Part shown: in pieces, positions 1-13,760 of the stretch | Position numbering within the stretch: position 1 is the stretch's first letter | Layout of the letters: the number at the start of each line of letters is the position of its first letter | Assembly: GCA_051362555.1 (NCBI GenBank) | Contig: CM120640.1 | Coordinates: 46,912,788 to 46,976,787 of the forward strand | Origin: Lingula anatina | Taxonomy: Eukaryota; Animalia; Brachiopoda | Direction of reading: 5' to 3' | DNA length: 64,000 nt | Position numbers and translations under genes: made by a program | Notes under the pieces: model-generated | The model's input: only the letters and a program-made list of their open reading frames with translations | The model's database searches: none | What the model was told of the DNA's origin: nothing

Positions 1-3000
1 TTAAGCAGGCTGAGACGTATAAACACAGTATAAGGTGTCGGGTCCTGTACTTATAATAAGTTTTCATGCTCTAGCACCGGGTCGCATCGGACTGGCTCAT
101 CTCTCATCAAAGCCTCACCACGGCGCTTGCCTGGTTGCAGCACTTAGGCAATAACCAGCACCTCATAATGTGCCGGGTCGAGCAGTGAAACAAATAGACA
201 CCCTAATTAAATACAGGTTTGTATGTATAAGAATATATAATAGTGTAAGAGTCTTTATGACAGATGAAAAAAATCAAGGGCTTGATTTTTCATCGCGAAG
301 TTAAAATTCTCCCTTACCTTTAATGCAACACAAGATCCTACAAAACCCAGTTCCAAACAAAAAGTTCAGGTGTAAGCCTAAGGATTAAGCCCAACTGGCG
401 GCCATGTAAATCGCGGAAACCGCTGCTGGCTGGGCGGTATGCTAAAAATCCTGACAGCGTAAGCGTAACTTAATATCAGCCGGGGCCTCACCATATATGT
501 AACGGTGCTCTTTTTACTACTTGGTTGCTTAAAAATACACAGCTATGTCGTAAAGCTACCATATAAAGAGCGACCAGGTAGTATGACGGGTGGGTGATTT
601 AGTGAGTAGGAACCAGTAAGCTCCCACTAATAATTGCAACGGTGAAAGCTTTTCCTTAATACCTGCTTTATAGCTGAAATATATGTATACCTGGCACTCG
701 CCTTGAAACAGCTGGTTTCTTACCGTTCTGAGCTATTGCGCCTCTCTAAAATCAAAGGCGTATCATGTAAAGTTATAATTAAAAGCAGATCCTTTTCGTG
801 TACAGTGTTGCAATTCAATATTTGGACTTTCTCCTTAGAAATACAAACTGTTTTTGAAGAGGTATATCCAAGAGTCATGGAAAGATCAGAAGGCATTTAT
901 AAGCATTTCTGATTTTCATTACAATAACACAACCTTGTTTAACTATTACCTGTAAGCCCTACGCCCCAGAAAAGAGTATGATATTTATACAGCTTGGCCG
1001 AACGAAACATGTCTGTGATTATACACTAAGTTCACTTCGTATTTAACACACAAAATAAGTGGTCGTAATGAAACGCAATTGTGATAAATTTAGAGAGGGC
1101 CTATTAAGACTCCACATGAAACAGACTCCAAGTCGTCACCTTGGAGTGACGTCATCAGAATACATGCAAGTACAAGCAATTCCAAACACTATACATAAAC
1201 ACTAGTTTTCTCTACCTGCACGAATCAATGATATAGAATGGCTGACACCCAGTCGTCGTCTCCACAACGGCAGTGCTCTCCTCGTCTCGCTGGAAAAGGG
1301 CGAGTGGATGGAAGATGACACAACCGTTACACGCGCTAAAGATAACTGAACTTTCCACCTCCACCTGCGAGCAAAACCCAATCAAAAAACCCAACGCACA
1401 GAAGTTACGGTCAGAATCCATTTATTCAAATTGCTCATATGTTTCCAGTGAGTTATGTGCGAATATGCCAAGATCCTACTGAATTTGCAGATGAAGTGGC
1501 TGAAAGTGTCTAGGAAGCATGCGAAATGGTTAGATTCTGCCGCCTAAAGGATTCTCAGAGCTGTTGCTCTAGCTTGTCACATTCATCCTCCCTCAAACGC
1601 CAGGAATATCTGGTAGGTCTAACGCCAAATGTGCCTCACGTAATAGTCTGGGAGGCTAATTAATAAATTTAAGGGGGCCTAATTTGAAATATATAATGAA
1701 AATAAAAAGCTAAATGGATGGTAAAAATGGGCCCATATAGGCAAAAGTATATTAGTTTAAGCGGAAGACGAGATTGGCTGTTTAAGAATTGAAACTTGCC
1801 ATGAAGCTAGGTTCAAAACTTCTAAAAACTTCAGTATCAAAAATGAAAAGTTTCATTGGAGATTATAAACTTTATAACTGACATAACCCTTTTGAATTAT
1901 GTTTAAATACTGTAAAAATGTTAGAGTAACCATACTTCAACTGTCATTCAACCTTGCCCGGTCTGTAAATCGATATTTTTCTAACAACAAAATAATACCT
2001 CCTAAAACATATATATGGATCTCGAATAAACAGGGTGTCGGTTTGGTTAAGTGCGTTAGATGAACCCTGCAGAGGCAAGATAACAAAAGCTAATTGCGAT
2101 AGCTGAACATAAATGTTATCAGAGACTTCGACAAAAATATCTTCTGGGCTGGGAACATGAGCTCACCAGTGGATAACCTTCATAACAGTATAATTTTTGC
2201 GTAAGTGACCTATGATCAAATGCTGATTGCCATGATACGAAGTTCAGGAAAAAATGGGCTTCGACACACTTGTTTACTTCTACTAAAATATTCCAACTGT
2301 TCAGTTTCTTTCTCAATTTGAATTTGAAAGCTATAATATACAACATATGTAACACAAATTAACAAACAAAACATCGATATATAAATACAACAATGGGTAA
2401 AAAAAACAACAGAGTAATCGCACGCGCGCGTATGTGTGTGAGTATGTATGTGTGTGTGCATAAAGCACGCATGTACTCCATTTATCAGTCTTCATACTCA
2501 CCGACATATCCCGCGTGAAAACATCTAAATATACTCTATGTATCTCCTCTGAATACTACATGAAAACGATCTGGCGAGAGAGTATTATATATAAACTTTG
2601 GGAAACCACTTGACCTACGTACAGCACTAAATTTAAGCTTATTTTTAAAGGCGCCAAACAAAGGAAAAAGTAAATATGTATTTTGCGTCTGTTGGTGATG
2701 TCTCAATGAGTTCTGTGGCATAAAACGTTGATCCGATTATATGAAAATATAAGATGGCTAATAAAATGAAATACAGGCCTTATTGGCTGCCTGCATAGCC
2801 CTGATAGTCTATAGGCCCACCTTGCTCAGACCAAGGGGGTTTATACCTCTTTGTTGGGTATAACTCTTGTGTTTTTTTTTTTCAAAAGAGGTGAAGATTC
2901 CTTAAATATCAATATCATACATATTAGTTATTTTGTTCTTCACGAATCTGTATCATTTCGTAAACAGGTATGTTGTCTCTGTTACATCTCTGTTATAACT

Positions 3001-3857
3001 TGACAGAGAAAGGGTATCATGATCTCAGAGTAACTTGAAATCCAAGAAACATCATTTATAATTAACGAAGAAGAAAAGTTTACGACAGAGGCAACCACAA
3101 TCTGTGCAAATGCATGACTTAGTTCGATAGGGGCTGGACTTGGTCTTTGGTATACTGGCTCTTGATTAAATAAAGGAACTTCTCATTATTGTAATGCCAG
3201 TAATTTGTTAAGGTGGACATTTATTTTCGAAGAAAGTGTCCAAATTTAAAAAAAATAAAAGTAACAAATTTTGAATTTGTTCGGCAAAGTTTTATTCCAA
3301 AGCATATGCATTTTAAGGTAATACATTATAAATGAATTATAAAGTTGAAGGGGTAGTAAAAAAAGGAGGGGTGCCATGAGAATGATTTTAAGATTACTCT
3401 CCACATAAAATGTCATCACAATTATACATTTCGAAACTTGGATTTCAATTAATTATTTTGGTGCCTCATTTTGTACATTATTTAAAACGAAGTTTCATTT
3501 TAATTGCGAGTCATCAGTGGACAACTCATCTAGGACGTACCTTTCTTGGCCAGAGGTCTAGAATAAACCAATATCGCTTGGACGATATAAACAATTTACA
3601 AGAAACACATATTCCATATACTGTATCTTCTCCTTTTATAAGCAAAATAATATAATCGACCCGGCAACGAATTAACACTAACACTATTGAAACTGGCTAT
3701 TGTTGTCTATCTTAAATTTCTTCAGAGCGATTCTTACATAAAAATTACTTTACCACTAATCTTGGGAAGTTTTGAGTGCGTTATCTACCAAACACTTTTC
3801 AACGGTGTCTGCATTTCAAGCCTATTTCTATTTCAGCCATAACTAAATTTGCGCGGT

Positions 3858-4547
3858 TCAGGACATTAAGCGAAAAAGAGAAAAAGTACCAAAGGCAATC
3901 GCAGCCCATGCAAAATGCACGTGTGAGGCTTTGCTCGACTGGGGCTGGACTTGAGCGTTTGGGTTGGGCTTGGTCGGATCGAATTTCATAACCATGCAAT
4001 TATTAGAAGTTTCATAGGTGAAAGCTTTACCCCACATTCTTTCACAAAGTCCCTGGCCATTTTTGTACATGTCAGCGAAGGTGCGACATCGGGACAATGT
4101 TGGGCAGTGATTTTCGCCTCTACTGAAGTCGAAGTCAGCGAGCCAGTCCACAACACAAGTAAGGTCATTCTTACAGGCCTCAAACCAGTCGTTACAATAC
4201 TTGGCGCAAATGGGAATTCCTTTGACGTCGCCTTTCGTTGCAGCCGGAAAGCGTACCAGGGCAGGTTCACACTGGTAAAAACACTCTTCGTCCTTGATAT
4301 ATGATTCGCAGGCTTGGGACAGATTACCGCATCGATCCCAGTGAAAATTCCAGAGGTTTTTGGCTTTGTGTGTGGCGATCTCCTTCGTCAAGTTGGCAAA
4401 GCAACAAGATGACTGTTTCCAAGACAAACATTCAACGTAGTCAGTTCCCTCTGGTGATGGTTTATCTTTGTGATGGGGCCCCTCCAAGCACTTTTCGTCA
4501 GCTGCGACGAGCACAACTATAGCAATAAAGAGAGTCTGCCAGGTCAT
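3858..4547 (-). CDS. Folate receptor / riboflavin-binding protein family, copy 1 (229 aa; signal peptide, probable GPI anchor)
   Basis: 16 Cys in folate-receptor spacing (CLEGPHHKDKPSPE, CC, WDRCG, CFYQCEP, PICAKYCNDWFEAC, LCERMW, NPN). Hydrophobic N- and C-termini. Single coding exon with a 3' splice site (TTTACAG) 6 nt before the ATG. Confidence 0.92.
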   Translation of the reverse strand: MTWQTLFIAIVVLVAADEKCLEGPHHKDKPSPEGTDYVECLSWKQSSCCFANLTKEIATHKAKNLWNFHWDRCGNLSQACESYIKDEECFYQCEPALVRFPAATKGDVKGIPICAKYCNDWFEACKNDLTCVVDWLADFDFSRGENHCPTLSRCRTFADMYKNGQGLCERMWGKAFTYETSNNCMVMKFDPTKPNPNAQVQPQSSKASHVHFAWAAIAFGTFSLFRLMS

Positions 4548-4975
4548 AGTTGCCTGTAAATATAAAGTTTTCTTTTGTTACAGCAATAAAGCTTTATGTT
4601 GAATACAACCAATGTACAACTCTTAGTATGGCTTATGTTTCAGACATTTTACTAAGCTTAGTTTAGGCCAAAAACACTTTTCTCGTTGCTGCGTGCGTCA
4701 CGTGAAACCTAGCGCAATATTTACTCCATTTTTTTGTTTTTCGTCGCAGAAGGCGAGTGTAGGAGAGTGGTATATTGGACCCAGCAGTGCAGCAATGCGA
4801 AATGTTTGGTGGCACTGCCGATCGTAGACCGGTATATGTCGGCAAGAGGTTATTTTGAAGTAAAATCGTAAATTAAACCTTTGAAAGTTTACCGTGACAT
4901 TCAGGTCCTTGGCGATGAATTATTGTAGGCCTATATGTTCATGTAGTTAACGGATTCGTCGGACACCATACTAAA

Positions 4976-4977
<2 letters not shown>

Positions 4978-5053
<76 letters not shown>
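4978..5053. repeat. (TA)n microsatellite (others at ~7387-7434, 10353-10392, 43111-43167)
   Basis: Direct reading. Confidence 0.95.
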
Positions 5054-5056
<3 letters not shown>

Positions 5057-5899
5057 CGATTTTCATCATGTACTGGTGTAAATATACAGTTTAACGAAGA
5101 CGAGTGACATGGGATGCAAAAACCATTGTTTGGACCGTGGGCCAGAACTGACTAGACGCCATTATGCAATTTCTGATGAGACAACGCGAGTGGACACGGG
5201 GTAGTATGGAGAACATCATCCACTTCTTATCTGCCAGAGAATATGCATTTCTTCGCAAGACAGTTCACTTCAATAATAAATTATGTTTACATATTTACCC
5301 ACCGATGCCGATAAAATTTAAAAGACGCCTCCATATGCCATGTTTATAATTCCTTTGATTAGATAAGGTGTTGTGAACAAATGATAAGAGTGCTTGGCAG
5401 TCGGATATTTCACAAAAGCCATTAAGATGTACATTTTGTATCTAAGGACCTGCACCAAACTGTAAAAACTGTATAAAGCAACTCAAAAATGACATGGAAC
5501 ACATGGTGAATTAGGAGAAAACAAACAAAAAATATATATCTGGATAAATGTAAACCTTTTTTCGTTGTCGCACTCTCCTTCAAATCCGACGAAATTTCGT
5601 TGTAAGACTTGGGGCTATCTCGGATATTCCCCATTAAAATTAACACCCGTGTACAGGGGCTTGCAATATAAATATATATTATATATGGAATGACACCTTG
5701 AGGGGAGGGTACACTCAGTCTCTGACCACAGAGTCCGCTAGAAGTCTGTTACAAAATTATTGTATCACCTATACCTTAATTTTGCATACTATTTTAGAAG
5801 CTCCTGATATCAGAGGGTAAAGGGAGAGGTCGCATTCAGGTGAAAACGGAGTATTTTTCATATTGTAAAGTTATTACAGACTGGTGTAATTTTTTGTAA

Positions 5900-6205
5900 A
5901 TTTATTTACTTACTTGTTTTCTTCTCCTGCTACCTCTGCTATATCTGCACTGTAGAGAGGTCTCTGGGTTGGGAACAAATCCAATCGTTTTCAAGTAACT
6001 GAGTGATCAGCGTGACCCAAACTTCAGTGACTGTCCTTGGCCAGCACGAACTTTGATACGTTAAGCCAAACAATTTGACAAGATGATTAATGAGGACGAC
6101 AGACTTGAATTTTAAGGAAATCAGTTTTTGTGACTATTTTGTTATCATTATATTTTTGAAGGGAAAAGAAAATGCATTTGGCATAGTGAGTGGGAAAATT
6201 GACTG
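5900..6205 (-). promoter_or_regulatory. Putative 5' non-coding exon and promoter of folate receptor-like copy 1
   Basis: Donor GTAAGT at 5908-5913 (minus). Block is homologous to 9910-10215 and 13470-13760 upstream of the other copies. Confidence 0.55.
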
Positions 6206-6254
<49 letters not shown>

Positions 6255-7384
6255 CAAAAATTTGTGGATAAGACATTTCCTTACACTCTGCAAAAATATT
6301 TTAAATTATAAGACAGAAAAATTCTAAAAAAAGCGAACTTAGCTGTTATGACCGTTAAACATCAAATATTTGAAAATCAAAGACATGCAGCTGGTAGACA
6401 GATGAATCTTACATGTACAACCTAATTTTAATGTCCAATCGAAGTCGATCGAGCAACGCCAATACGCGAAGAAATAAGAACAAGACGGCAATTCAACAAA
6501 GGAAGCAAAATTATCTATTGTACTTCCTTGATACAATGTTGTATTGTGATTGCCATGGTTCATAAGATAAGAAGGAAAAGCAACGTTTGTTTTTGCTCAT
6601 CAATCTGCGTTTTATTGATAGTTCATCCGATTGGTTATGTGCCTTTTAAACGAAGAAAATCAAAAAATTCTTCATAAAAGTTGTACCCAAATTCAGTACC
6701 CCCACCCCCCACCCCCGCGTGCACGAGGCAGAGCAGACTGCATTTGGGGAGCTTTCTGACTTTCAATTTAAGCATAAATTTCGATGTTACTAAAAATCTG
6801 ACACCCAGTATTCAGACCAAAGATGCTGAATCGCAGACATTAACTTCGAAAAAAATGTACAAACAACAGTAATTGGTTAATGAAAAGTTACCATATCTCT
6901 CAAATTTGTGTTTTGAATTTCAAATAATTATTTTTGGTCCCATTTCGTTTTATTTTGCCAGTTATCAGTGAAATAAACAGCTGTGATGTCAGTCATACCT
7001 AATTTGACAACATATTTTGAAGGGATGCATAAACTGTAGTATAAATATATCAAAAGTGATCGAACCAGACAACTCGTTAAATGCTCTAAAGTGCAATAAC
7101 ACAACATTACTATAGCACGATTGGCCATCATGTACCGGTAGTATACCACATTTTTTAAAACTGTCACCGATTCTAAAAATTTCGATTGGAAATTCATATT
7201 CAGTTTCAAACTGGCTTTTTTTAATGTAAAAAAATCAAATCAAACATATATGTCTGATCCTATCACTGTCTGGCTTGATTCGTTGACTTTAAGCGGGCGC
7301 ATGTATGGATGGTATGACTGGCCCTCAACTTAACAAATGCCTCTCATCCATGGATTTTTTCAGCCTACGACCTTTATCGCTCGA

Positions 7385-7436
<52 letters not shown>

Positions 7437-7993
7437 GGTATATATCGTTATACTGTGCAGAATCGAAAGAAAATAGAAATTATTTAGTGTAAAACAAACA
7501 AACAAAGCCGCAACATAAAAACAAAACAAACATTCCACCAGTATACACCGATGTCGATTGAACAATATGTTAAAATATTAAACACATTCCATATATCTTC
7601 TCCTTTATTATGCAAAAGAAAATGAAAGAATAAAACCATGTTAGCTAAACGCATAAAATCCACATAACCTTAAAAATGATAAATCAAAGTTAAGTTTAAA
7701 TACATAGTAGAATTTATCTAATAAACAAAGTAGAACGTGCATTCACGTTTGCAGTCCGGTAAACAATAAAACATTTGAGATTTCAAATAAAATGCTACCT
7801 GCAACGAAGACAAAATGAGATTGACACAAAACCACTGGATCACCTGTAACCAGGGCTTCGCCGATAAAACTGGACAACGTCATTGTTAGGAGAGTCATAT
7901 TAATATCTATGTCAAACCTGTATTAAAGCTCTTATTTTTCCAAAATGCATGTGGCATTAAACCAAACCACTTGAAATTAAGAAAGTGCACTAT

Positions 7994-8674
7994 CTAACGA
8001 AGAAGAGAGAAAATAACAAAGACATTTGCAGCCCATGCAAAATGCAAGCGCGAGGCTTTGCTCGATTTGGGCTGAACTTGCGCGTTTGGATTGGGCTTGG
8101 TCGAATCGAATTTCATAACCATGCAGTTATTAGAAGTTTCATAGGTGAAAGCTTCCCCCCACATTCTTTCACAAAGTCCCTGGCCATTTTTGTACACCTC
8201 AGCGAAGGTGCGACATTGGGATCCTGTTGGGCAGTGATTCTCACCTGTGGTGTAGTTGAAGTCAGCGAGCCAGTCCACAACGCAAGTAAGGTCATTCTTA
8301 CAGGCCTCAAACCAGTCGTTACAATACTTGGCGCAAATGGGGATTCCTTTGACGTAGCCCTTCTTTGCAGCCGGAAAGCGTACCAGGGCAGGTTCACACT
8401 GGTAAAAACACTCTTCGTCCTTGATGTATAACTCGCAGGCTTGGGACAGGGTGCCGCAACGATCCCAGTGATAGTTGTAGAGGTTTTTAGCTTTGTGTGT
8501 GGCGATCTCCTGCGTTACGTTGGCTAGACAACAGGATGATTGTTTCCAAGACAAACATTCAACGTAGCCATCTCCCTCTGGTGATGGTTTATCTTTGTGG
8601 TGCGGGCCTTCCAAGCATTTTTCGTCAGCTACGACGAGCGCAACCATAGCAACGAAGAGAATCTGCCAGTTCAT
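7994..8674 (-). CDS. Folate receptor / riboflavin-binding protein family, copy 2 (226 aa)
   Basis: Close paralog of copy 1 with the same 16 Cys, signal peptide and GPI-like tail. Splice acceptor TTTTCAG just upstream of the ATG. Confidence 0.92.
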   Translation of the reverse strand: MNWQILFVAMVALVVADEKCLEGPHHKDKPSPEGDGYVECLSWKQSSCCLANVTQEIATHKAKNLYNYHWDRCGTLSQACELYIKDEECFYQCEPALVRFPAAKKGYVKGIPICAKYCNDWFEACKNDLTCVVDWLADFNYTTGENHCPTGSQCRTFAEVYKNGQGLCERMWGEAFTYETSNNCMVMKFDSTKPNPNAQVQPKSSKASRLHFAWAANVFVIFSLLR

Positions 8675-9909
8675 GGTTGTCTGAAAAGAAAAAGGTTATT
8701 TGGTTTTATAAATATAGTTTCATGGTGAATACATGGAGAAAACGTTAAAAGATGTTTAGTTTTATGTTATTGCTTCCATTAGGTAAAGAGAGCTAAAAAA
8801 AACTAAATATAATTTTATATTCTGACTGATGGATACTGCACAATAACCATTAGGGTTCATTTGCCATTATTTCTTATCCCGCCTCCTCTAAATCCCGCGA
8901 TTTATGATTTTCTCGGCTGATTCCCTTTAAAACTAACATCCGTTTGCACGGTTTCAGGGTGTAAACGTAGTAAAATCATCATCATCAGCATCTCGGCCTG
9001 TCATACCAGTTGTTGGCGTGTGGCCTCCACAGGTTTCTCCACGCTTTACGTGTTGTCGTTATGGGGTTGAACTGTAACTAACCACGCTGGTTCAGTGCGG
9101 GTTGATGAGTGCTTGATGACCGATTGCTCAAGATTCAGGATTATGCGGCAGGTTGCGCGAGGTTACATTTTACTTGTGGCAGGCTAAATGACCTGACCCA
9201 TAAACTGAGCAAAACATATTTTCCATAATTCAGTTATGTCTTAACTTGCAAGCATAAGCAAGGAGGCCACCTTATTTTGCCGTTGCCATTCCGAAAATAT
9301 GAAGCCCGTCTCCGATTTTAATGTAAGTCACATTCAACGCGATTTTATTGTGGTCTCGCTTCTTGTTCATAGCGATATGGTTTCTTGATGAATACCGCCA
9401 GTGTACAGGCCTTAAAATACCTTGTGTTTAAGACATAATACCGTATGTAAACGCAGCATAATATATCTATACATACATCAGTCATTTTTTTTTCATCTTG
9501 AAAGAATAAGGAAGTGGGTGACCCAATTTCACTGTTACCATCCCGAAAACATATCCTGTAGCCCTTTCTCCGATTTATAGATGTTTAACTAGACTGCATT
9601 CAGATTCACACATCGTACTAGCTGTCGGTTCAACTCTAATTCCACTGATTGCACCTTAGCAAGAATCCCCCACGGAGTTGTACCGACGCAGCTACATATA
9701 GTGCGATCTGTGAATCAGAATGTGTCCTTAGTCTCATTGAAAGTCATATTATTTGTGCCCCAGAATTCAGTAAGACGTAGGTGTACATGTGCATAACCGA
9801 TATGATGCAAATTTTTCCTTCTTTTTCTTAACAAACGCAACTGTATATATGATCCCGTACATTACCCACTATTACAAATTCTGACAGTCTGATGAGAATT
9901 TTTATATTT

Positions 9910-10215
9910 TCATTTATACCTACATGCTATCTTCTCCTTCTACCTCTGTTGGAATATATCTGCTTCGTAAACAGATCTCAGTGAAATTTCAAAACAAGTT
10001 GTTTTCAAGAAACTGAGTAATCGGCGTGACTCAGCCTGCAGTGACTGTCCTTGATAAGCACGAACATTCACGTGTTAGGTCAAATAAGTTATAGTTAACT
10101 AGGGGGACCGACCCTAATTTTAGGGAAATCAGATTTTTGCGCCTATTTTAGTATTTGCATATTTTTTTCAAATGAAAAATATGCATTAGGCATTGGAATG
10201 GTGAGTGGAAAAAAT
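9910..10215 (-). promoter_or_regulatory. Putative 5' non-coding exon and promoter of copy 2
   Basis: Donor GTAGGT at 9918-9923. Shares AACTGAGT..CGTGAC..CAGTGACTGTCCTTG and GTGAGTGG motifs with the copy 1 block. Confidence 0.55.
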
Positions 10216-10335
10216 TAATGACAATTGACCAGAAAAAAATAAACGCTGATGAAATTATGCTAAAAAATTGCCCAGACTGTGGAAATGACATTCCCTGCCC
10301 CTAGACAAAAAGAATTATTAAAGTGATCCGACAAA

Positions 10336-10395
<60 letters not shown>

Positions 10396-12186
10396 GATTT
10401 AGCTGCTTTTCTCTTTTAACATCTTATGTTTGAAAAACAAAAACACATGACTGGTAGACAGATGAATCTTACCATATTCAGATCGTTGTCGACTGCAAAA
10501 TCAGTTGGTTTTTCTGTAGAGTGCGACTTGAGAAAGCCAGAGGCAAGAAAAAGAGTTGAGCAGCCCTGCATCGGAGCAGACGTACAAACTGGACATATCT
10601 TTTTAAAAACTGTATATCTACACCTAAATTTTTCATGAGTTAGCATAAACAGCTGAGACCTAAAATGTGAACAGGAGTGCCAGAGCATGGGTTTCTATGC
10701 TACATCTTTGATAAATATGTGTGTCAGTAGTCCCAAGTTCGAGTGTTATTGATATTTTATATGGCAAACGATGGTTAAAGAATATTTGTAGAGCGTTTTC
10801 ACATGAGTGCGTCTCAACAGTAAAAGGTTATTGTTGTGGAGTTTCTTTCATGCTTGTTCAGAGTCTAATCGGTTTAAAGTTTCAACAGCAAATCAGCAGA
10901 CGTAAAAAGACAACCACAGAGTGTGTAGTTTGTAGAGTATTTTAGTGGGTCCTGATATCTGAGGGTACATGTAGGTTATTCTGTGGTGTACGCCAGAAGC
11001 TATTATGGCAATATGGAGAATTAGCGGGATCGACTGTTTTGAGATTTCTCTTCGGAGTGTTAATCATCATTCCTCTTTGGCCCATCTAAACACGTCGATT
11101 AGTTAAGGCTAACTTTCTTTTCCAATTTCGAATTAGAAGAGTTGGAAAACTAAGTTTACCTTACTAGGATCCATCAAACAGCTGTCGCTTCTGCGCAATA
11201 CCTAGTTACCCTTTCACTAGAAAATCACAGATATGACTCTGGCCAATTCATGACTTTTTTGATTAAATAAAATATCCCACCCCTCCAAATTTTAGATATT
11301 AACGATAGAACTTATCTATTTACAAAAAAAGTGTCCAAAAAGTTCCTAGTACTATCGATTTGATGATGTTTGGCGTTCTTGCAATACAATAATTTATTTA
11401 CGCGAATATTTATTTGCCTAATAAGTGTCTGGTAGTTAACATTACTTGCATGTAATGTATTGTAAAACTCAAGAGTGATCGTGTTAGGCAACTCATCTAA
11501 AGCAATACAATTTAAATTCAATGCAAATTGCTTTTAATGTAAAAACACGACAGACTCGTCTGACTTGCTTCGTTGACTGACTGTTATTATAGATAGTTGG
11601 ATTCGGCAGTGCTACCTGCTTGCATGTATTGTACATTGTAAGCCTAAAGTTTTTCGTCATTCTGTACAGACAGCAAACATCTAGTGAGCAACAACAAAAA
11701 TCATATAGAGCAGTAATGCAAAAGAAAAGGAAAAACAAAGAAAAGCAAAAATGAAAAGTAAGAAGGGTCCCAGTATGCGCCGATATCGTTTCGACGACCG
11801 ATCTTATCATAAAACATATATCCCTTTTATCTACACCGTAAATGTGTATTTGGCTTCATGACTAAAAAATCCACATAACCTAAGAAAAACGATAAGCTAA
11901 AGTTTGTTTTACAGAAAATGTAGTATGTAAATGCATGTTTGAGTCCTGTAAACCAACTAATAAACATTTGCTAAAGATTATAAAACAAAACCTACCGCGA
12001 ATACGTAAGATGATATTTACATGAAACCACTGGATCCCTGTAACCAGGGCTTTGTAGGTAAAACTCGGCAGAATGTGGTTGTTAGTGAGTCAATATCAAA
12101 CCCGTATTAAAGTTCGTATTTTTTTTTTCAGAAAAATATGCATGTGGTATTAAACCAAACCACTTCAAATTTAGAAGGTGCACTAT

Positions 12187-12860
12187 TCAGCGAAGAAGAG
12201 AGATAATAACAATTGCAGACCATGCAGAATGCATGTACGAGGCTTTGCTCGATTTGGGCTGAACTTGAGCGTTTGGATTGGGCTTGTTCGGATCGAATTT
12301 CATAACCATGCAGTTATTGGATGTTTCATGGTGGAAGCTTCTCCCCACATTCTTTCACAAAGTCCCTGGCCGTTTTTGTACACATCAGCGAAGGTGCGAC
12401 ATTGTGACCCTGTTGGGCAGTGATTCTCTCCTCTACTGAAGTCGAAGTCAGCGAGCCAATCCGCAACGCATGTACGGTCGTCCTTACAGGCTTCAAACCA
12501 GTCGTTACAATACTTGGCGCAAATGGGAATTCCCTTGACGTTACCTTTCGTTGCAGCCGGAAAACGTACCAGGGCAGGTTCACATCGGTAAAAGCACAAT
12601 TCGTCCTTGATGAATAACTCGCAGGCTTGGGAAAGAGTGCCGCATCGATCCCACTCGTAGTTGTGAAGGTTTTTGGCTTTGTGTGTGGCAATTTGCTGTG
12701 TAACGTTGGCTAGACAACAAGATGACCGTTTCCAAGACAAACATTCAACGTAATCATTTCCCTCTGGTGATGGTTTATCTTTGTGATATGGCCCTTCCAA
12801 GCATTTTTCGTCAGCTACGACAAGCGAAACCAAAGCAATATAGAGAACCTGCCAGTTCGT
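12187..12860 (-). pseudogene. Folate receptor-like copy 3, probable pseudogene
   Basis: Aligns to copy 2 over its full length, but the ATG is ACG (12858-12860) and a 1-nt deletion near 12329 shifts the frame after ERMWGEA. The original frame would end at TGA 12187-12189. Confidence 0.85.
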
Positions 12861-13469
12861 AGTTGTCTGAAAAGAAAAAGGCTATTTGGTTTTATAAATG
12901 TAATTTCATGGTGAATACACGGTAAGTACGTTACATGCCTTGTGTTTAGTTTATATTGTTCCCTCGATTTAAATAAGCAGATGTGAACACCCAAGTTTCA
13001 TTTACCATCATTTCTTATCCCGCCTCCTCTATATCCCGCTAAATTTTCACTTGATATAGGTTTTTTCTAGGCAGATCTCCTTTAAAACTAATACCCATTT
13101 GCACGGGTTTGCGGTTCAAGGGGCATATGACATGTATCATCATCATAAAGCTGTCATTTCTTAACTTGCAGTCATTTTTAACTTGCATAAATGAGCAAGT
13201 AGGTCACCTTATTATATTGCTGTTGCCATTCCGAAATCCTCATATCCTTAAGCCCTGTCTCCGATTTTTGTATCAGCCACAATCAACGTGAATTTATTGG
13301 AGACCCAGACATACACGTAGGCGAAGTGCCTAACTTCGTGTATGTGTATGACGACTTCGTTATTTCAACCAATATACATCTTTGTATATAATTATATACA
13401 TTTAATTATGTACATCCCCATTATTACTAATTATGACTGTCTGACAAAAAATATGGTACCTTTTATACA

Positions 13470-13760
13470 TTTATTTTCCTACTTGCTTTCTTCTCCAGGT
13501 ACCTTTCTTGAAATTTAGCTACACTGTTGAGAGATCTCAGAATTGGGGTTAGATCCATCCGTTTTTTTAAACTGAGTTATCACCGTGCCTGAGATTGAAG
13601 TGACCAGTATGGAAATTCATGCATTAAATGGGCAAAACTGATGCAGGTTAACGAGCGTGACTGCGCTTGGTTTAAAGGAAATAATTATTTTCGCTCCTGT
13701 TTTTTAAATCCAATGGTAAAAATGCATTGCACATTGGTTTGGTGAGTGGGAAAACTGACA
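13470..13760 (-). promoter_or_regulatory. Putative 5' non-coding exon and promoter of copy 3
   Basis: Donor GTAGGA at 13477-13482. Homologous motifs AACTGAGT and AAAATGCATT..GGTGAGTGGGAAAA. Confidence 0.45.

Noticed and set aside
1-740. Possible SINE fragments or tRNA-like heads
   Set aside because: No convincing A/B boxes, cloverleaf or TSD could be read by eye.
3776-12691. Recurring plus-strand and alternate-frame ORFs over the folate receptor copies
   Set aside because: Similar only because the real genes are paralogs; lengths and stops are inconsistent between copies.
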